64,000 nucleotides of DNA from Marinicella sp. (GCA_965230295.1 OZ246001.1:1824001-1888000); one strand, 5' to 3'. Positions 30,919 through 41,450 are shown, counted from the first letter of the stretch. Notes: generated by a model from the letters alone, not told the origin. Numbers and translations are program-made.

Positions 30919-33093
30919 TTGAAGAAACGACAATTAAAATCGCTGTTCTGCGTCTTACTCGTGTCCTCAACCACATCCGCCTGGTCGCAAACAGACAGCT
31001 GTCCTGCGGTTGATGTGTTGTTGACAGAGGAGCAACAAAACTGTGTGGATCAAACAACAACACCTGGAAAGGTTGGTCTGCTGGCCCGCCGGTCTGCATT
31101 GTTAGACAGCAATGAATTCTTGTTGGATGGTGATGTGTGCATCATGCAAAATGATTTGCGGTTGATGACACCTAAATTATTTTATCACCAACAAGACCAA
31201 ACTTTCGACAGTGAGGGCGGGGTGCTGCTACAAAACAGCGACCAGCGAATCAGTGCTGATGACATCAAGTATAATTCAATCGACTTGACTGCGAACTTAC
31301 AGCAAGTGAACTTTTTCCTGATGGATTCAGACATCAATGGCAAGGCCGATCAGATGCTATTGAACCAGGATAACTCGAGACTGTCGCGCTTGACATTTTC
31401 CACTTGTTCACCGCAACAAAGGGATTGGGAAATTGTGGCCAAATCAGCAGAGTTGGATCATGATGAAGGCGTGGGTACATTTAAGAACGTGAGTTTACGT
31501 TTCAGAGATGTTCCCATTTTTTATCTGCCTTGGGCTAAATTACCATTGAATGATGATCGCCGAACCGGTTTGTTGATCCCGGGATTTTCATACTCAGATA
31601 ACACCGGGCTTGATTTGTCTTTGCCTTATTACATCAACATTGCACCAAAAATGGACGCCACCTTGACCCCACGTTTCCTGCAACAGCATGGCATGATGTT
31701 GGGCGCTGAGTTTCGATACATGAGTGAACGCAGTCGCGGCACTTTCGAAGGAACTTACTTACCCAATGATGATCGTCGGAATCGTGATAGGGGATTGATC
31801 GATTACCAACACCAAACACGGTTTGGGCGGGGTTGGTCATTCAACAGCGACCTGAATCATGTAACCGATTCACAATATTATGAAGATTTTTCTTCCAGCT
31901 CGTACATCACGTCCACACCTTACCTGCGCAGTGCCATCAATGTCAGAGGCAATGGTTTGAATTGGCGGTTTTTTGCCGGTATCAATGATTATCAAGTGCT
32001 GAGTCAGAACATCACGACTGCCAACGAACCGTACCAAACCCTACCAGAAATCAATTTTTCATGGTTTGAATATAATTATCAGCAACAGTTGAATTACGGC
32101 ATCACTTCGGAGCTGGTTAATTTTTATCGCGAGGATTCAGTCGGTGCTTGGCGCAGCGACATCACGCCCTGGGTTGAAAAACAGTGGTCCAATGCCTGGG
32201 GTTATGTCAAGCCTAAACTACAATACCGAAGCACCCATTATCAGTTTGATGATGATCGCAATGATTTATCCAGGAACTTACCCATTGCATCATTGGATTT
32301 GGGTGTGAGTTTTGAAAAAAGTGTGGATTCAGGTGGTTATAAATCAATTGAACCCCGTTTGTTTTATGTGTATGCCCCTGAACGTGATCAGACGGACATC
32401 CCCATTTTTGACAGCCGTGAACTGACTTTTGGTTCATCTTTGTTGTTCCAAACCAACCGATTTTCAGGTGCTGATCGCCAATCGGACATGAATCAAGTGG
32501 CTGCGGCAGTGACACACCGAAGTTTTGCTGCCAATGGACGTGAACTTTGGAACTTCACCATGGGTCAAATCAAATATTTTGATGATCAAATGGTACAAAT
32601 CAACAATCAACCTGAAGATTTAACGAAATCTCCATTGGTGATTGAATACAATCACTTCCTGACTCGTTATTGGAATGCAGGATTGAGCCTGCATTATGAC
32701 CAATCCAAATCAGAAATTGAAAGGGGCTTGTTCAGGGTACAAAGAAAAGGAGCCAATCAGAGTGTGTTCAATTTTGCGTATCGATACCGACGCAATCAAC
32801 TGGAACAGTTTGACACTTCCTTTGTTATTCCAATCAAAGATCAACATCGGATCATTGCGCGCTGGAACTACTCCACCCGAGAAAATAAGACCATTGAAGC
32901 ACTGTTTGGTTATGAGCGGAAAAACTGTTGTTGGGCTTTTCGTTTGATGGGCCGACATTACCTGACAGATGAGTCAGGTCAAAAGAACAATGGCATTTAT
33001 GCAGAAATAGAATTTAATGGTTTGGGTTCCATCGGTCGGAATCCAAGACGCATACTTAAACAAACCATATCAGGATATCAAGAGGCCTTATAA
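30919..33093 (+). CDS. lptD: LPS assembly protein LptD
   Basis: Motifs FSTCS, PIFYLP, RRTGLLIP, LPYYINIAP, EPRLFY, NRFSGADR and CCW. It lies upstream of surA. Confidence 0.95.
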   Translation: MKKRQLKSLFCVLLVSSTTSAWSQTDSCPAVDVLLTEEQQNCVDQTTTPGKVGLLARRSALLDSNEFLLDGDVCIMQNDLRLMTPKLFYHQQDQTFDSEGGVLLQNSDQRISADDIKYNSIDLTANLQQVNFFLMDSDINGKADQMLLNQDNSRLSRLTFSTCSPQQRDWEIVAKSAELDHDEGVGTFKNVSLRFRDVPIFYLPWAKLPLNDDRRTGLLIPGFSYSDNTGLDLSLPYYINIAPKMDATLTPRFLQQHGMMLGAEFRYMSERSRGTFEGTYLPNDDRRNRDRGLIDYQHQTRFGRGWSFNSDLNHVTDSQYYEDFSSSSYITSTPYLRSAINVRGNGLNWRFFAGINDYQVLSQNITTANEPYQTLPEINFSWFEYNYQQQLNYGITSELVNFYREDSVGAWRSDITPWVEKQWSNAWGYVKPKLQYRSTHYQFDDDRNDLSRNLPIASLDLGVSFEKSVDSGGYKSIEPRLFYVYAPERDQTDIPIFDSRELTFGSSLLFQTNRFSGADRQSDMNQVAAAVTHRSFAANGRELWNFTMGQIKYFDDQMVQINNQPEDLTKSPLVIEYNHFLTRYWNAGLSLHYDQSKSEIERGLFRVQRKGANQSVFNFAYRYRRNQLEQFDTSFVIPIKDQHRIIARWNYSTRENKTIEALFGYERKNCCWAFRLMGRHYLTDESGQKNNGIYAEIEFNGLGSIGRNPRRILKQTISGYQEAL

Positions 33094-33094
33094 A

Positions 33095-34354
33095 ATGAAT
33101 AAATTTTTACTGTTGTTATTATTTTCTTCATTTGCTGTAACTGCAGCTGAAGAATTGTTAGATGAAATCGTGGCGGTTGTTGATGACAGTGTCATCATGC
33201 GCACCGAGCTGGATCGCGCTGTGGCGTCCATTGAAAGGCAAATCGAAGCCAGTGGTAACCAAATTCCTCCGGCGGATATTTTAAATGCCCAAGTGTTGGA
33301 GCGATTGATTGTTCAGGAAATTCAAATCGGTCGTGCCGAGTTGGTCGGGATCAGGGTTTCTGACGCTGAAGTGGATGCAGCGCTCAGTAACATCGCCAAC
33401 CAAAATGGTTTAACGTTACCGCAGATGCAACAAACCATTGAGCAAGACGGTTTCAACTTCGTGGATTTTCGACGTGACATGAAGCGTGACATGCAAGCAG
33501 AACGTGTCCGTTATGCCTATGCCAATTCCAATGTAAAAATCAGCGATCACGAAATTGATTTGTTTTTGGCTGACAATGAACTGGATCAAGGTGAAGTTGA
33601 AATCCAACATATTTTGATTGCCACCAGTTCAGACAACGATGCTGAGGCCACAGAAGCGGCACAAAAAAAGGCCAATGAATTGTTTGACAAAATCCAAGCA
33701 GGTGAAAACTTTGCAGGTTTGGCCACACAGTATTCAGATGGCCAAAAAGCCTTGGAAGGTGGTCGTTTGGGCTGGCGCCCAGTGAATCAACTGCCGCCAT
33801 TGTTCTCGGAACAAGTCAAATTAATGGATGCTGGAGAAGTGACCCGCCCAATCCGTTCACCCAGTGGCTACCATATTTTGAAATTGTTGGATAGGAAAAG
33901 CGAAACGGTAAAAAAGGTGGACCAATACAACATGCTACACATCATGGTTGAGACCAATGAAGTCATGTCTCCAAGAGCAGGCATGGATGTGGCCAATGAT
34001 TTACATGAAAAAATCATGGCTGGCGAAGATTTTTCTCAATTGGCTGAAGAACATTCGGATGACCACAGTTCAGCACCCTTGGGTGGAGACATGGGTTGGT
34101 TCGAGGCCAATAAATTTGGCCCAAGAATCGGTGATGTGTTGAAAACTTTAGAACTCAACGAAGTGTCACAACCATTCCAAACCGAAGCAGGCTGGCACAT
34201 CATCAAATTTCTGGGTAAAAAAGAATCTGATATCACCGAAGAGTTTAAACGAGCCCAAGCATCTAATGCCATCAGAGAACGGAAAGTTCAAGAACTCATT
34301 GAATCTTGGATACGTGAAATCCGTGGTGAGGCATTTGTTGATATCAGGATTTAA
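33095..34354 (+). CDS. surA: periplasmic chaperone/PPIase SurA
   Basis: IVAVVD, VLERLI and two parvulin domains (HILI..GG.LGW..P..S..GYHI). Start ATG at 33095. Confidence 0.95.
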   Translation: MNKFLLLLLFSSFAVTAAEELLDEIVAVVDDSVIMRTELDRAVASIERQIEASGNQIPPADILNAQVLERLIVQEIQIGRAELVGIRVSDAEVDAALSNIANQNGLTLPQMQQTIEQDGFNFVDFRRDMKRDMQAERVRYAYANSNVKISDHEIDLFLADNELDQGEVEIQHILIATSSDNDAEATEAAQKKANELFDKIQAGENFAGLATQYSDGQKALEGGRLGWRPVNQLPPLFSEQVKLMDAGEVTRPIRSPSGYHILKLLDRKSETVKKVDQYNMLHIMVETNEVMSPRAGMDVANDLHEKIMAGEDFSQLAEEHSDDHSSAPLGGDMGWFEANKFGPRIGDVLKTLELNEVSQPFQTEAGWHIIKFLGKKESDITEEFKRAQASNAIRERKVQELIESWIREIRGEAFVDIRI

Positions 34355-34372
34355 CAGAGACCCATCGCAGCC

Positions 34373-35305
34373 ATGATTGCAATCACAGTTGGGGAACCAG
34401 CAGGTATTGGAATTGAGCTGATAGGCCAGTTGGCAATCAACAATGAATTACAAGATTGTGTGTTGGTTGGTGACGAGCATTTGATCAAGCAGTCTTTGCC
34501 AGCGGCCGCAGAAGTGGCCATCCAGCATATACCTTTGGCAGCTCCGAGTACTTTGGGACAATTAGACCCCCGCAATGCGGCATATGTTTTAAAAACCATA
34601 GAAGCCGCAGCCATGGGGTGCTTGTCCGGATCCTATACAGCGATGGTTACCTGTCCCATTCACAAAGGTGTCATCAATGATGCGGGCATACCATTTTCAG
34701 GACACACTGAATACCTGGCTGAAATCACCAACACGGATAAGGTGGTGATGATGTTACTTAACGATGTGATGCGAGTTGCTTTGGTGACAACCCACATTCC
34801 TTTGAAGGATGTGGCTGCCCAAATAACGAAAACCGAGCTTCAACAAGTCACAAAAATTTTGCATGCTGACATGACCCAAAAATTTGGCATTTCAGACCCT
34901 AGAATTGGTGTCTGTGGACTCAATCCACATGCTGGAGAAGAGGGCCATTTGGGTCGGGAAGAATTAGACACCATCATTCCTGCATTGGAAGAGTTAAGAA
35001 CCGATGGCATGGATTTGGTTGGGCCAATTCCGGCAGACACCTTATTCACTCCTGTAAAAGTTAAACAATACGATGCCATTTTGGCCATGTACCATGACCA
35101 GGGTTTGGCACCGCTCAAGTATGCCGGATTTGGAAACTCGGTCAACATCACCTTGGGTCTACCGATCATACGTACCAGTGTCGATCACGGCACAGCATTG
35201 GACATCGCCGGTCAAGGTAAAGCCCAAGCAGGCAGTTTACGCGCTGCATTGCAGCTGGCCAAAGATTGTGTTTACAGAACACAACAAACCAGGTCTCTGT
35301 CATGA
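34373..35305 (+). CDS. pdxA: 4-hydroxythreonine-4-phosphate dehydrogenase
   Basis: Motifs GEPAGIG, GHTEYL, GLNPHAGE, MYHDQGL and RTSVDHGTA. Confidence 0.97.
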   Translation: MIAITVGEPAGIGIELIGQLAINNELQDCVLVGDEHLIKQSLPAAAEVAIQHIPLAAPSTLGQLDPRNAAYVLKTIEAAAMGCLSGSYTAMVTCPIHKGVINDAGIPFSGHTEYLAEITNTDKVVMMLLNDVMRVALVTTHIPLKDVAAQITKTELQQVTKILHADMTQKFGISDPRIGVCGLNPHAGEEGHLGREELDTIIPALEELRTDGMDLVGPIPADTLFTPVKVKQYDAILAMYHDQGLAPLKYAGFGNSVNITLGLPIIRTSVDHGTALDIAGQGKAQAGSLRAALQLAKDCVYRTQQTRSLS

Positions 35306-36060
35306 AAGCCAAAAAAGGCTTGGGACAGAACTTTCTGCATGATGATGGGGTGATCAACAACATTGTTAAGATCATCAATCCCCAGGCAGGTGATAAACTG
35401 ATTGAAATTGGCCCTGGACATGGTGCCATCACCCGTTACCTGCAAGCCAGTGGTGCGGATTTACAATTGATAGAATTGGATCATGACTTGATCCCGCTGT
35501 TAGAGCAAAAGTTTGGTTCATTCGAGAATGTGCGGTTACATCACATGGACGCATTGCAGCTGATGCTTGAAAACGGGCCTTATACTGTGGTTGGCAATTT
35601 GCCCTATAACATATCATCGCCTTTGTTGATTAACATGCTGTATCAGTCGGATCAAATTGAACAAATGATTTTCATGTTACAAAAAGAAGTGGTGCAACGC
35701 ATTTGTGCAGAACCCGGGGCCAAACTGTTTGGCCGTTTGTCAGTCATGCTACAACACCGGTTTGATTGTATCGGGCATTTAACCATTCCACCGGAAGCTT
35801 TCAATCCTCGGCCCAAAATTGACTCTCAGATCATTCAATTGGTGACCAAAAAAGCCCCCACAAAAGTCGATCTTTCTGCGTTGGAAAAACTGGTCAAACA
35901 AGCCTTCGCTATGCGTCGCAAAACCATCCGTAACAACTTGAAAAAGATGGTCAGTTCAGAGCAGTTGGAGGCCGTGGGTATAGATCCAGGCCAACGCGCG
36001 GAAACCATTGCAGTTCATCAATTTGAACAATTGGCATTGGCCTTACAACAGTCACCCTAA
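35302..36060 (+). CDS. rsmA: 16S rRNA m6,2A dimethyltransferase
   Basis: Motifs GQNFL, EIGPG, GNLPYNIS, MLQKEV and AFAMRRK. Start ATG at 35302. Confidence 0.97.
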   Translation: MKAKKGLGQNFLHDDGVINNIVKIINPQAGDKLIEIGPGHGAITRYLQASGADLQLIELDHDLIPLLEQKFGSFENVRLHHMDALQLMLENGPYTVVGNLPYNISSPLLINMLYQSDQIEQMIFMLQKEVVQRICAEPGAKLFGRLSVMLQHRFDCIGHLTIPPEAFNPRPKIDSQIIQLVTKKAPTKVDLSALEKLVKQAFAMRRKTIRNNLKKMVSSEQLEAVGIDPGQRAETIAVHQFEQLALALQQSP

Positions 36061-36063
36061 ATC

Positions 36064-36663
36064 ATGTTAATCAAAGACCTTGCAGCGTTACCCAGTTGTT
36101 TCATTACGGCCACCGACACCGATGCCGGAAAAACCTTTGTCTCAAGTCAAATCTTATCAGCCTGGCAAGACCAGGGCTTGAATGTAGCTGCTTTCAAACC
36201 CATTGCTTCAGGTGCCATTTGGCAGAATGGCAAATTGGTCAGTGAAGATGCCATCGAGCTGGCGAAAGTGACCGGCCAGAGCCTGGATGAAATCAATCCA
36301 TTCACTTTTGAACAACCAGCCTCGCCGCACATCGCAGACACCAACGGTGAGTTCGTTTTGCATGAATGTGTGGCTCAACTCAAGGTGCTGCAAGACAAAT
36401 ATGATCGCGTGCTGGTTGAGGGTGTGGGCGGCTGGTGTGTGCCATTGAATGGTGAGTTGATGCTTAAAGATTTGGTACAAGCCGTCGATTTACCGGTGAT
36501 CATGGTGGCCAAAATCGGTTTAGGCTGCATCAACCACAGTCTACTGACCATCGACAAAATCAGGCAAGACACCAACTTATACCATGGCTGGATCGCCAAT
36601 CAGATCGACCCACATTTTGCTGACGCTGACGCCAATATTGAGGCCATCGAATCAAGGTGTTGA
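36064..36663 (+). CDS. bioD: dethiobiotin synthase
   Basis: Motifs TATDTDAGKT, FKPIASG, SPH, VEGVGG and LGCINH. Confidence 0.93.
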   Translation: MLIKDLAALPSCFITATDTDAGKTFVSSQILSAWQDQGLNVAAFKPIASGAIWQNGKLVSEDAIELAKVTGQSLDEINPFTFEQPASPHIADTNGEFVLHECVAQLKVLQDKYDRVLVEGVGGWCVPLNGELMLKDLVQAVDLPVIMVAKIGLGCINHSLLTIDKIRQDTNLYHGWIANQIDPHFADADANIEAIESRC

Positions 36664-36930
36664 CTGCGTTCAGCCAATGCTTTGTTCTGATATCTTCTGT
36701 CCGGGCATAAACTATGAACCCATAGCCATGAATTGAGTAAGGTCATCGGCGATCGGGACGATTGTGCTCCAATGATTGCCTATGGATGATTGATCTTGAA
36801 ACCATGAAGAAAATATCGAAGTTCATCAAATTGTCATTGTCCTGCCATAAAAACAAAACTTATTGAAATTACACTCTCAATTTTTCTTTGAGCGGTTGTT
36901 AAACCACGACACCCATATTTGGAGATTTTT

Positions 36931-38472
36931 ATGAAAGTGATTAATTGGTATACCATCAAAACAATTATTCTGTTGGCAGTAACGTGTGGCACCCATGCGA
37001 GCATCAAATTGGACAAAATCAACAGCCTGTCAACAGGATTAGGCGAGGGCTCTGGCGAGATCAGCAGTTATGATGCCGGCAGTCAAAAACTGTTTGTGAT
37101 TAACTCGGGCTTTGCTTCATTCAGTATCTTTGACTTGACTGACCCCGCCACATCCAGCGGCAGCACTGTCATCGACCTGAGTTCATTTGGCGCAGGGCCG
37201 AACAGCATCGCCAGTTACAATGGCCTGGTGGCAGTTGCGATTGAAGCGAACACAGTCACTGACAATGGCACCGTGGAATTTTTTGATGTTGATGGCGTAC
37301 ACCAGACCAGCGTTACCGTGGGTGCCTTGCCTGACATGCTGACCTTTAATCAAGACGGCACAAAACTCATAGTGGCCAATGAAGGCGAACCGGATAACGG
37401 CATTAATCCGTTGGGGTCAATCAGTATCATTGATATCAATAATGGTGTGCCCGCAGCCAATGCCAACAATTTAAGTTTCAGCGCTTTCAATGTGGGTCAA
37501 CCCAGGAATGGTGAATTACCAGTTGATGTCATCATTGCTCCTGGTGTTGCAGTTGCAGATGATTTAGAGCCTGAATATGTGGCCATCAGTGTGGACAATA
37601 CCCAGGCGTTTGTTACCTTGCAAGAAAACAATGCGGTGGCTGTCATTGACCTGGTAACACCAGCGATCAGCAGTATCCAGGCTTTGGGGTTTAAAGATCA
37701 CAGCCTAGCAGGTAATGAATTGGATCCCAGTGACAGGGATGGCAATGGTGGTTCTGGTGCCATCAATATCAACAACTGGCCAGTTAAAGGCATCTATATG
37801 CCCGATGCGATTGCTACAGTTAACATTCAGGGTACTGATTACTACTTAACGGCCAATGAAGGTGACGCCCGTGATGAGGATCAGAGAATCAAAGATTTGG
37901 TGTTAGATCCCACGGCTTTTCCTGATGCTGCAAACTTACAACTGGACGCTCAACTGGGACGATTGGATGCCCAAACCAATTTAGGCAATACGCCCAATGG
38001 TTTTTCTGAATTGTTTGTTTATGGCGGTCGATCATTCTCAATCTGGAATGGAATCACAGGTGCCCAGGTGTTCGACTCTGGCAGCGAAATAGCTTATAAA
38101 ATTGCAGAATTAACGCCGGGATTGTTCAATGCCAACAATGCCTCTGCTGCTGATTTTGATGAGCGAAGTGACAACAAAGGTGCAGAACCAGAAGGCATTA
38201 CCACAGCAAACATCAATGATAAAGTATATGCTTTTGTGGGTCTGGAGCGGGTTGGTGGTGTCATGGTATATGACGTGACCGATCCAGCACTGGCCAGTTT
38301 TGAAAGTTATCAGCCTGCCACCGATGGTGATGTGGCACCTGAAGGTTTGTTATTCATTGCAGGTAGTGATAATGGTTCAGGTCAGGACTTGTTATTGGTC
38401 AGTTATGAAGATACAGGAACCATTGGTATCTTTCGTTTGATCGATGTAATTTTTGAAAACAGCTTCGAGTAA
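36931..38472 (+). CDS. secreted choice-of-anchor I family protein (beta-propeller, often annotated alkaline-phosphatase-like)
   Basis: Signal peptide. Motifs VGALPDM, ANEGEP, LEPEYV, LQENNA, MPDAI, ANEGDAR, GGRSFSIW, FDERSDNKG.EPEG and GLERVGG. Confidence 0.85.
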   Translation: MKVINWYTIKTIILLAVTCGTHASIKLDKINSLSTGLGEGSGEISSYDAGSQKLFVINSGFASFSIFDLTDPATSSGSTVIDLSSFGAGPNSIASYNGLVAVAIEANTVTDNGTVEFFDVDGVHQTSVTVGALPDMLTFNQDGTKLIVANEGEPDNGINPLGSISIIDINNGVPAANANNLSFSAFNVGQPRNGELPVDVIIAPGVAVADDLEPEYVAISVDNTQAFVTLQENNAVAVIDLVTPAISSIQALGFKDHSLAGNELDPSDRDGNGGSGAININNWPVKGIYMPDAIATVNIQGTDYYLTANEGDARDEDQRIKDLVLDPTAFPDAANLQLDAQLGRLDAQTNLGNTPNGFSELFVYGGRSFSIWNGITGAQVFDSGSEIAYKIAELTPGLFNANNASAADFDERSDNKGAEPEGITTANINDKVYAFVGLERVGGVMVYDVTDPALASFESYQPATDGDVAPEGLLFIAGSDNGSGQDLLLVSYEDTGTIGIFRLIDVIFENSFE

Positions 38473-38490
38473 TTTTACTGGTCACAGGCC

Positions 38491-38562
38491 AAGAACGTTG
38501 ACTGAAGTCAACGCTCCAAATGAGTATTCAGTATCAACGGAGTGTCGGTTTCAGTCGATGTC
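38491..38562. repeat. inverted pair of GGAG-type REP palindromes
   Basis: 38491-38520 (minus) reads TTTGGAGCGTTGACTTCAGTCAACGTTC. 38539-38562 (plus) reads GGAGTGTCGGTTTCAGTCGATG. A third copy is at 55730-55758. Confidence 0.65.
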
Positions 38563-38576
38563 AGGTGGTTGAATTT

Positions 38577-38951
38577 AGGAATGTTCTTGGGGCTTCATTC
38601 TGGTTCATGGTCTGACAGGTCTTCATATTTGCTGCGCAAATAAACCGACCTTTACAGACTATTGTCTGAGCAGTTGCTTCGCACTGCATGTCTGTTCCAG
38701 ACAAAAGTGAAAACGACTGCTTACATGGATGTAAGTATGCAGCGATAGCAGGCAGGAATTGTTCCCAACAATTCTCTGCATTCACCCCGTCCTGGGGATC
38801 GATGCGGTAGCTGCCGAGGCGAACATGACTTGCTACCTCGCACGCACTGCGGCATTCAAATCGGGCTTCTTCATCTTCGATGAAACCGCCAACCTTTCAT
38901 CACCTGCGCTGCCTAACCGGCTTGGTGGGTCAAGCTGCTCAGCAGCTTTCC
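38577..38951. mobile_element. non-autonomous palindromic (MITE-like) element, copy 2, with a 97-bp insert
   Basis: Near-identical to the blocks of 12744-13344. It is bounded by the short inverted ends TTAGGAA...TTCCTAA. The insert at 38718-38814 is absent at the matching position of copy 1. Confidence 0.75.
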
Positions 38952-39000
38952 TAAGTACACCACCACTGTCAACATGTAAGCATCCGGGTCACTTGCCCCA

Positions 39001-40239
39001 TTAATTCTTTTGCAAGGCCTGGATCGGGTCCAGTTCAGCCGCTTGTTTGGCTGGATAATAGCCAAAGGCAATGCCAGTCAATAAACACACCCCAACGGCC
39101 AGTATGATGGAAAAAATGCTCCATGCCACTGGCCAGGCGGCAAACGATTGAATCAAGAATGACAAGGCTATGCCCATAATGATTCCTAAAACAGCCCCGA
39201 AGGCAGCGATGGTGGCACTTTCAATCAGGAATTGGTTTTTGATGTCAACCTTGCGCGCACCCAGCGCACGTAACAAGCCGATTTCTTTGGTCCGTTCCAG
39301 CACTGTGGCCAGCATGATGTTCATGATTCCAATACCACCTACCAACAAAGAAATGCCGGCAATGCTGGACATCACAATGGTGAAGATCTGTTGGGTTTGG
39401 TTTTGTTGATTCAACAAAGATGCCGGCACCACAATCTGGTAGTCATCAATGTTGCCATGGCGACGCTTGAGCAAACGGTCTATGGCCACTGAAGCCAATT
39501 GTGGTTTGATGGACTGATCGAGCCCAACCCGGATGGTGTCCAGCTGACTTTCAAGCATCTCCAGCTTCAGTCGCTTGAAAGCGGTTTCGACCGGGATGAA
39601 AATCTGATTGTGTTCAGCACCTAATTTGATGCCTTGGATTTCGTCTTTGCTCAATTCGTCTTTGCGCAAAATGCCGACCACTTCAACCCATAAGTGGTTG
39701 ATCTTGATGCGTTGTCCCAGGGCATTTTCTCCAGGGAACAGCTGTTCAGCCGCTTCAGAACCAATCACCGCCACCTGAGCAAATTCAGCGTTGGCCTCTG
39801 CACCAAATAAGCGACCTTCAGACACTTCCAGGTTTGACATGGCAAAACAGTTGGGAGACACCGCTTTAACGGCACCATCTGAGTTGGCATTGACAGAAAA
39901 CAAACTCCATGTTTTTAGGGTTTTTTCGCCACATGTTTGTTCAACAAATGGCAGGCTGTCCTGTATGGCACGCACATCATTCATCGACAAGCCCAAGGTG
40001 TCTTCGCGAATTTCTTTCAAGGTTTCCTGGTCAAAAGTTTTTTCTTCTATGACCAAATTTCTTAAGCCCATCTTTTCAATCAAACGGGTGGCCTCAGCTT
40101 TGGCACCTTCACCAATGCTGAGCATGGCAATCACCGCACCCACGCCAAAAACCATGCCCAATAGGGTCAACAAAGTGCGCAACTTGTGATGCATCATTTC
40201 AGAAATGGCGTGGCGTAAGTTGATGCTCAAGGTGTTCAC
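39001..40239 (-). CDS. MacB/FtsX-family ABC transporter permease
   Basis: Motifs RTLLTLLG..FGVGAVIAM, ISLLVGGIGIMNIML..V.ERTKEIG..RALGA, QFLIES and GYYPA..AA.LDPI.AL. Confidence 0.93.
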   Translation of the reverse strand: MNTLSINLRHAISEMMHHKLRTLLTLLGMVFGVGAVIAMLSIGEGAKAEATRLIEKMGLRNLVIEEKTFDQETLKEIREDTLGLSMNDVRAIQDSLPFVEQTCGEKTLKTWSLFSVNANSDGAVKAVSPNCFAMSNLEVSEGRLFGAEANAEFAQVAVIGSEAAEQLFPGENALGQRIKINHLWVEVVGILRKDELSKDEIQGIKLGAEHNQIFIPVETAFKRLKLEMLESQLDTIRVGLDQSIKPQLASVAIDRLLKRRHGNIDDYQIVVPASLLNQQNQTQQIFTIVMSSIAGISLLVGGIGIMNIMLATVLERTKEIGLLRALGARKVDIKNQFLIESATIAAFGAVLGIIMGIALSFLIQSFAAWPVAWSIFSIILAVGVCLLTGIAFGYYPAKQAAELDPIQALQKN

Positions 40240-41450
40240 AGGCGAGCCTCCAGAACCATGTCAACAGGTTGGGTCAAAGCCACCTCATCACCATCTGATA
40301 AGCCAGATTCAATGGTGCACATGCTGGAGCTACAAAAGCCGGTTTGGATCGACTGCTGTTTGAATTGTTCTCCATTTTTGACAAAAACCCAGGTTCGGTC
40401 TTCGACCCTGAAGACAGTTTGGATGGGTACTACCAACCCCTGGTTTTGTTCCACAACGCGGATACTGGCATCCAGTCTTTGACCCGGTTTGAGCCGTTCA
40501 TCACCGGTGGCATTAATGGCGACGGTCACGGTAAAATATTTAACCGGGTTGTCCCGCTCTTTGGGTTGAGCGGTTTGGCTGATTGAACTGACCGTGCCAT
40601 CGTAAATGGCGCCTTGAAATGCGTGTAAGGTAACTGTGACGCCCACACCTTCTTTGATGCCGATGGCTTCAACCTCAGGCACAAAAACCTTGGCTTGCAT
40701 GGCACTCAAATCGGGCAGTTTGGCCAGTTTAGCACCTGGGAAAACCGATTTTCCAGGTTCAGGCAGTGAGCCGTCCCAGCTGGGTTCGAGTACGAATAAA
40801 CCATCATGTGGCGCCCTGATTTCTAAAGCGCTTAAACTGGCGTTGTTCATTTCCAGTTTGGCCACCTGTTTTTGTTTAGAGCTCTCCAGCACTGCTTTTT
40901 CAGAAGCGGATTTTTCCTCATAGTTGTCCTCAACCTTATCAATGTGGTCAGATTTGGCTTTCAGAAAATCCTCGTTGTCACCTGCTTCAATCATTTCAAT
41001 CTTGGTGTACAGCAACGGATCGTCGATGTTGAATTGTTTGGCCAGTTCATACTCGTAATCAATGACTTGAGATTCGGCATCAAAACTGAACTGCGTGTTA
41101 TCAATTTCACGTTCTTTGGCCAACATTGAATACATGATTTTTTGAATCTCAAAACTGGTCTCATCCACTTCTAACTGAAACTTTGATCCATCGAATCGGG
41201 CCACCACCTCACCGGCCTTGACAGGCGTAAATTGTGGCATGATCCAGGCCAAGGTTTGTGGTCGTCTGGAAGCTGCTGGCGCAGTGATGGGAGTGGACTT
41301 AACGGCTTCTAATTCACCTTCGGCGTGGATTTCAAACACCACTTCACCTTGGGCAACAGTGATCACCGGAGTGGCTGTTTTTTCATCACTGCCACACGCT
41401 GACAAACCCAGTACCATGCCCATCAATATGATCTTTCTGTTCATGTTCAC
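40236..41450 (-). CDS. periplasmic adaptor (membrane fusion protein), lipoprotein
   Basis: Lipobox LSAC, GELEA, VKAGEVVARFD, coiled coil, IRAPHDG, LKPG and VVP..V. Confidence 0.85.
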   Translation of the reverse strand: MNMNRKIILMGMVLGLSACGSDEKTATPVITVAQGEVVFEIHAEGELEAVKSTPITAPAASRRPQTLAWIMPQFTPVKAGEVVARFDGSKFQLEVDETSFEIQKIMYSMLAKEREIDNTQFSFDAESQVIDYEYELAKQFNIDDPLLYTKIEMIEAGDNEDFLKAKSDHIDKVEDNYEEKSASEKAVLESSKQKQVAKLEMNNASLSALEIRAPHDGLFVLEPSWDGSLPEPGKSVFPGAKLAKLPDLSAMQAKVFVPEVEAIGIKEGVGVTVTLHAFQGAIYDGTVSSISQTAQPKERDNPVKYFTVTVAINATGDERLKPGQRLDASIRVVEQNQGLVVPIQTVFRVEDRTWVFVKNGEQFKQQSIQTGFCSSSMCTIESGLSDGDEVALTQPVDMVLEARL

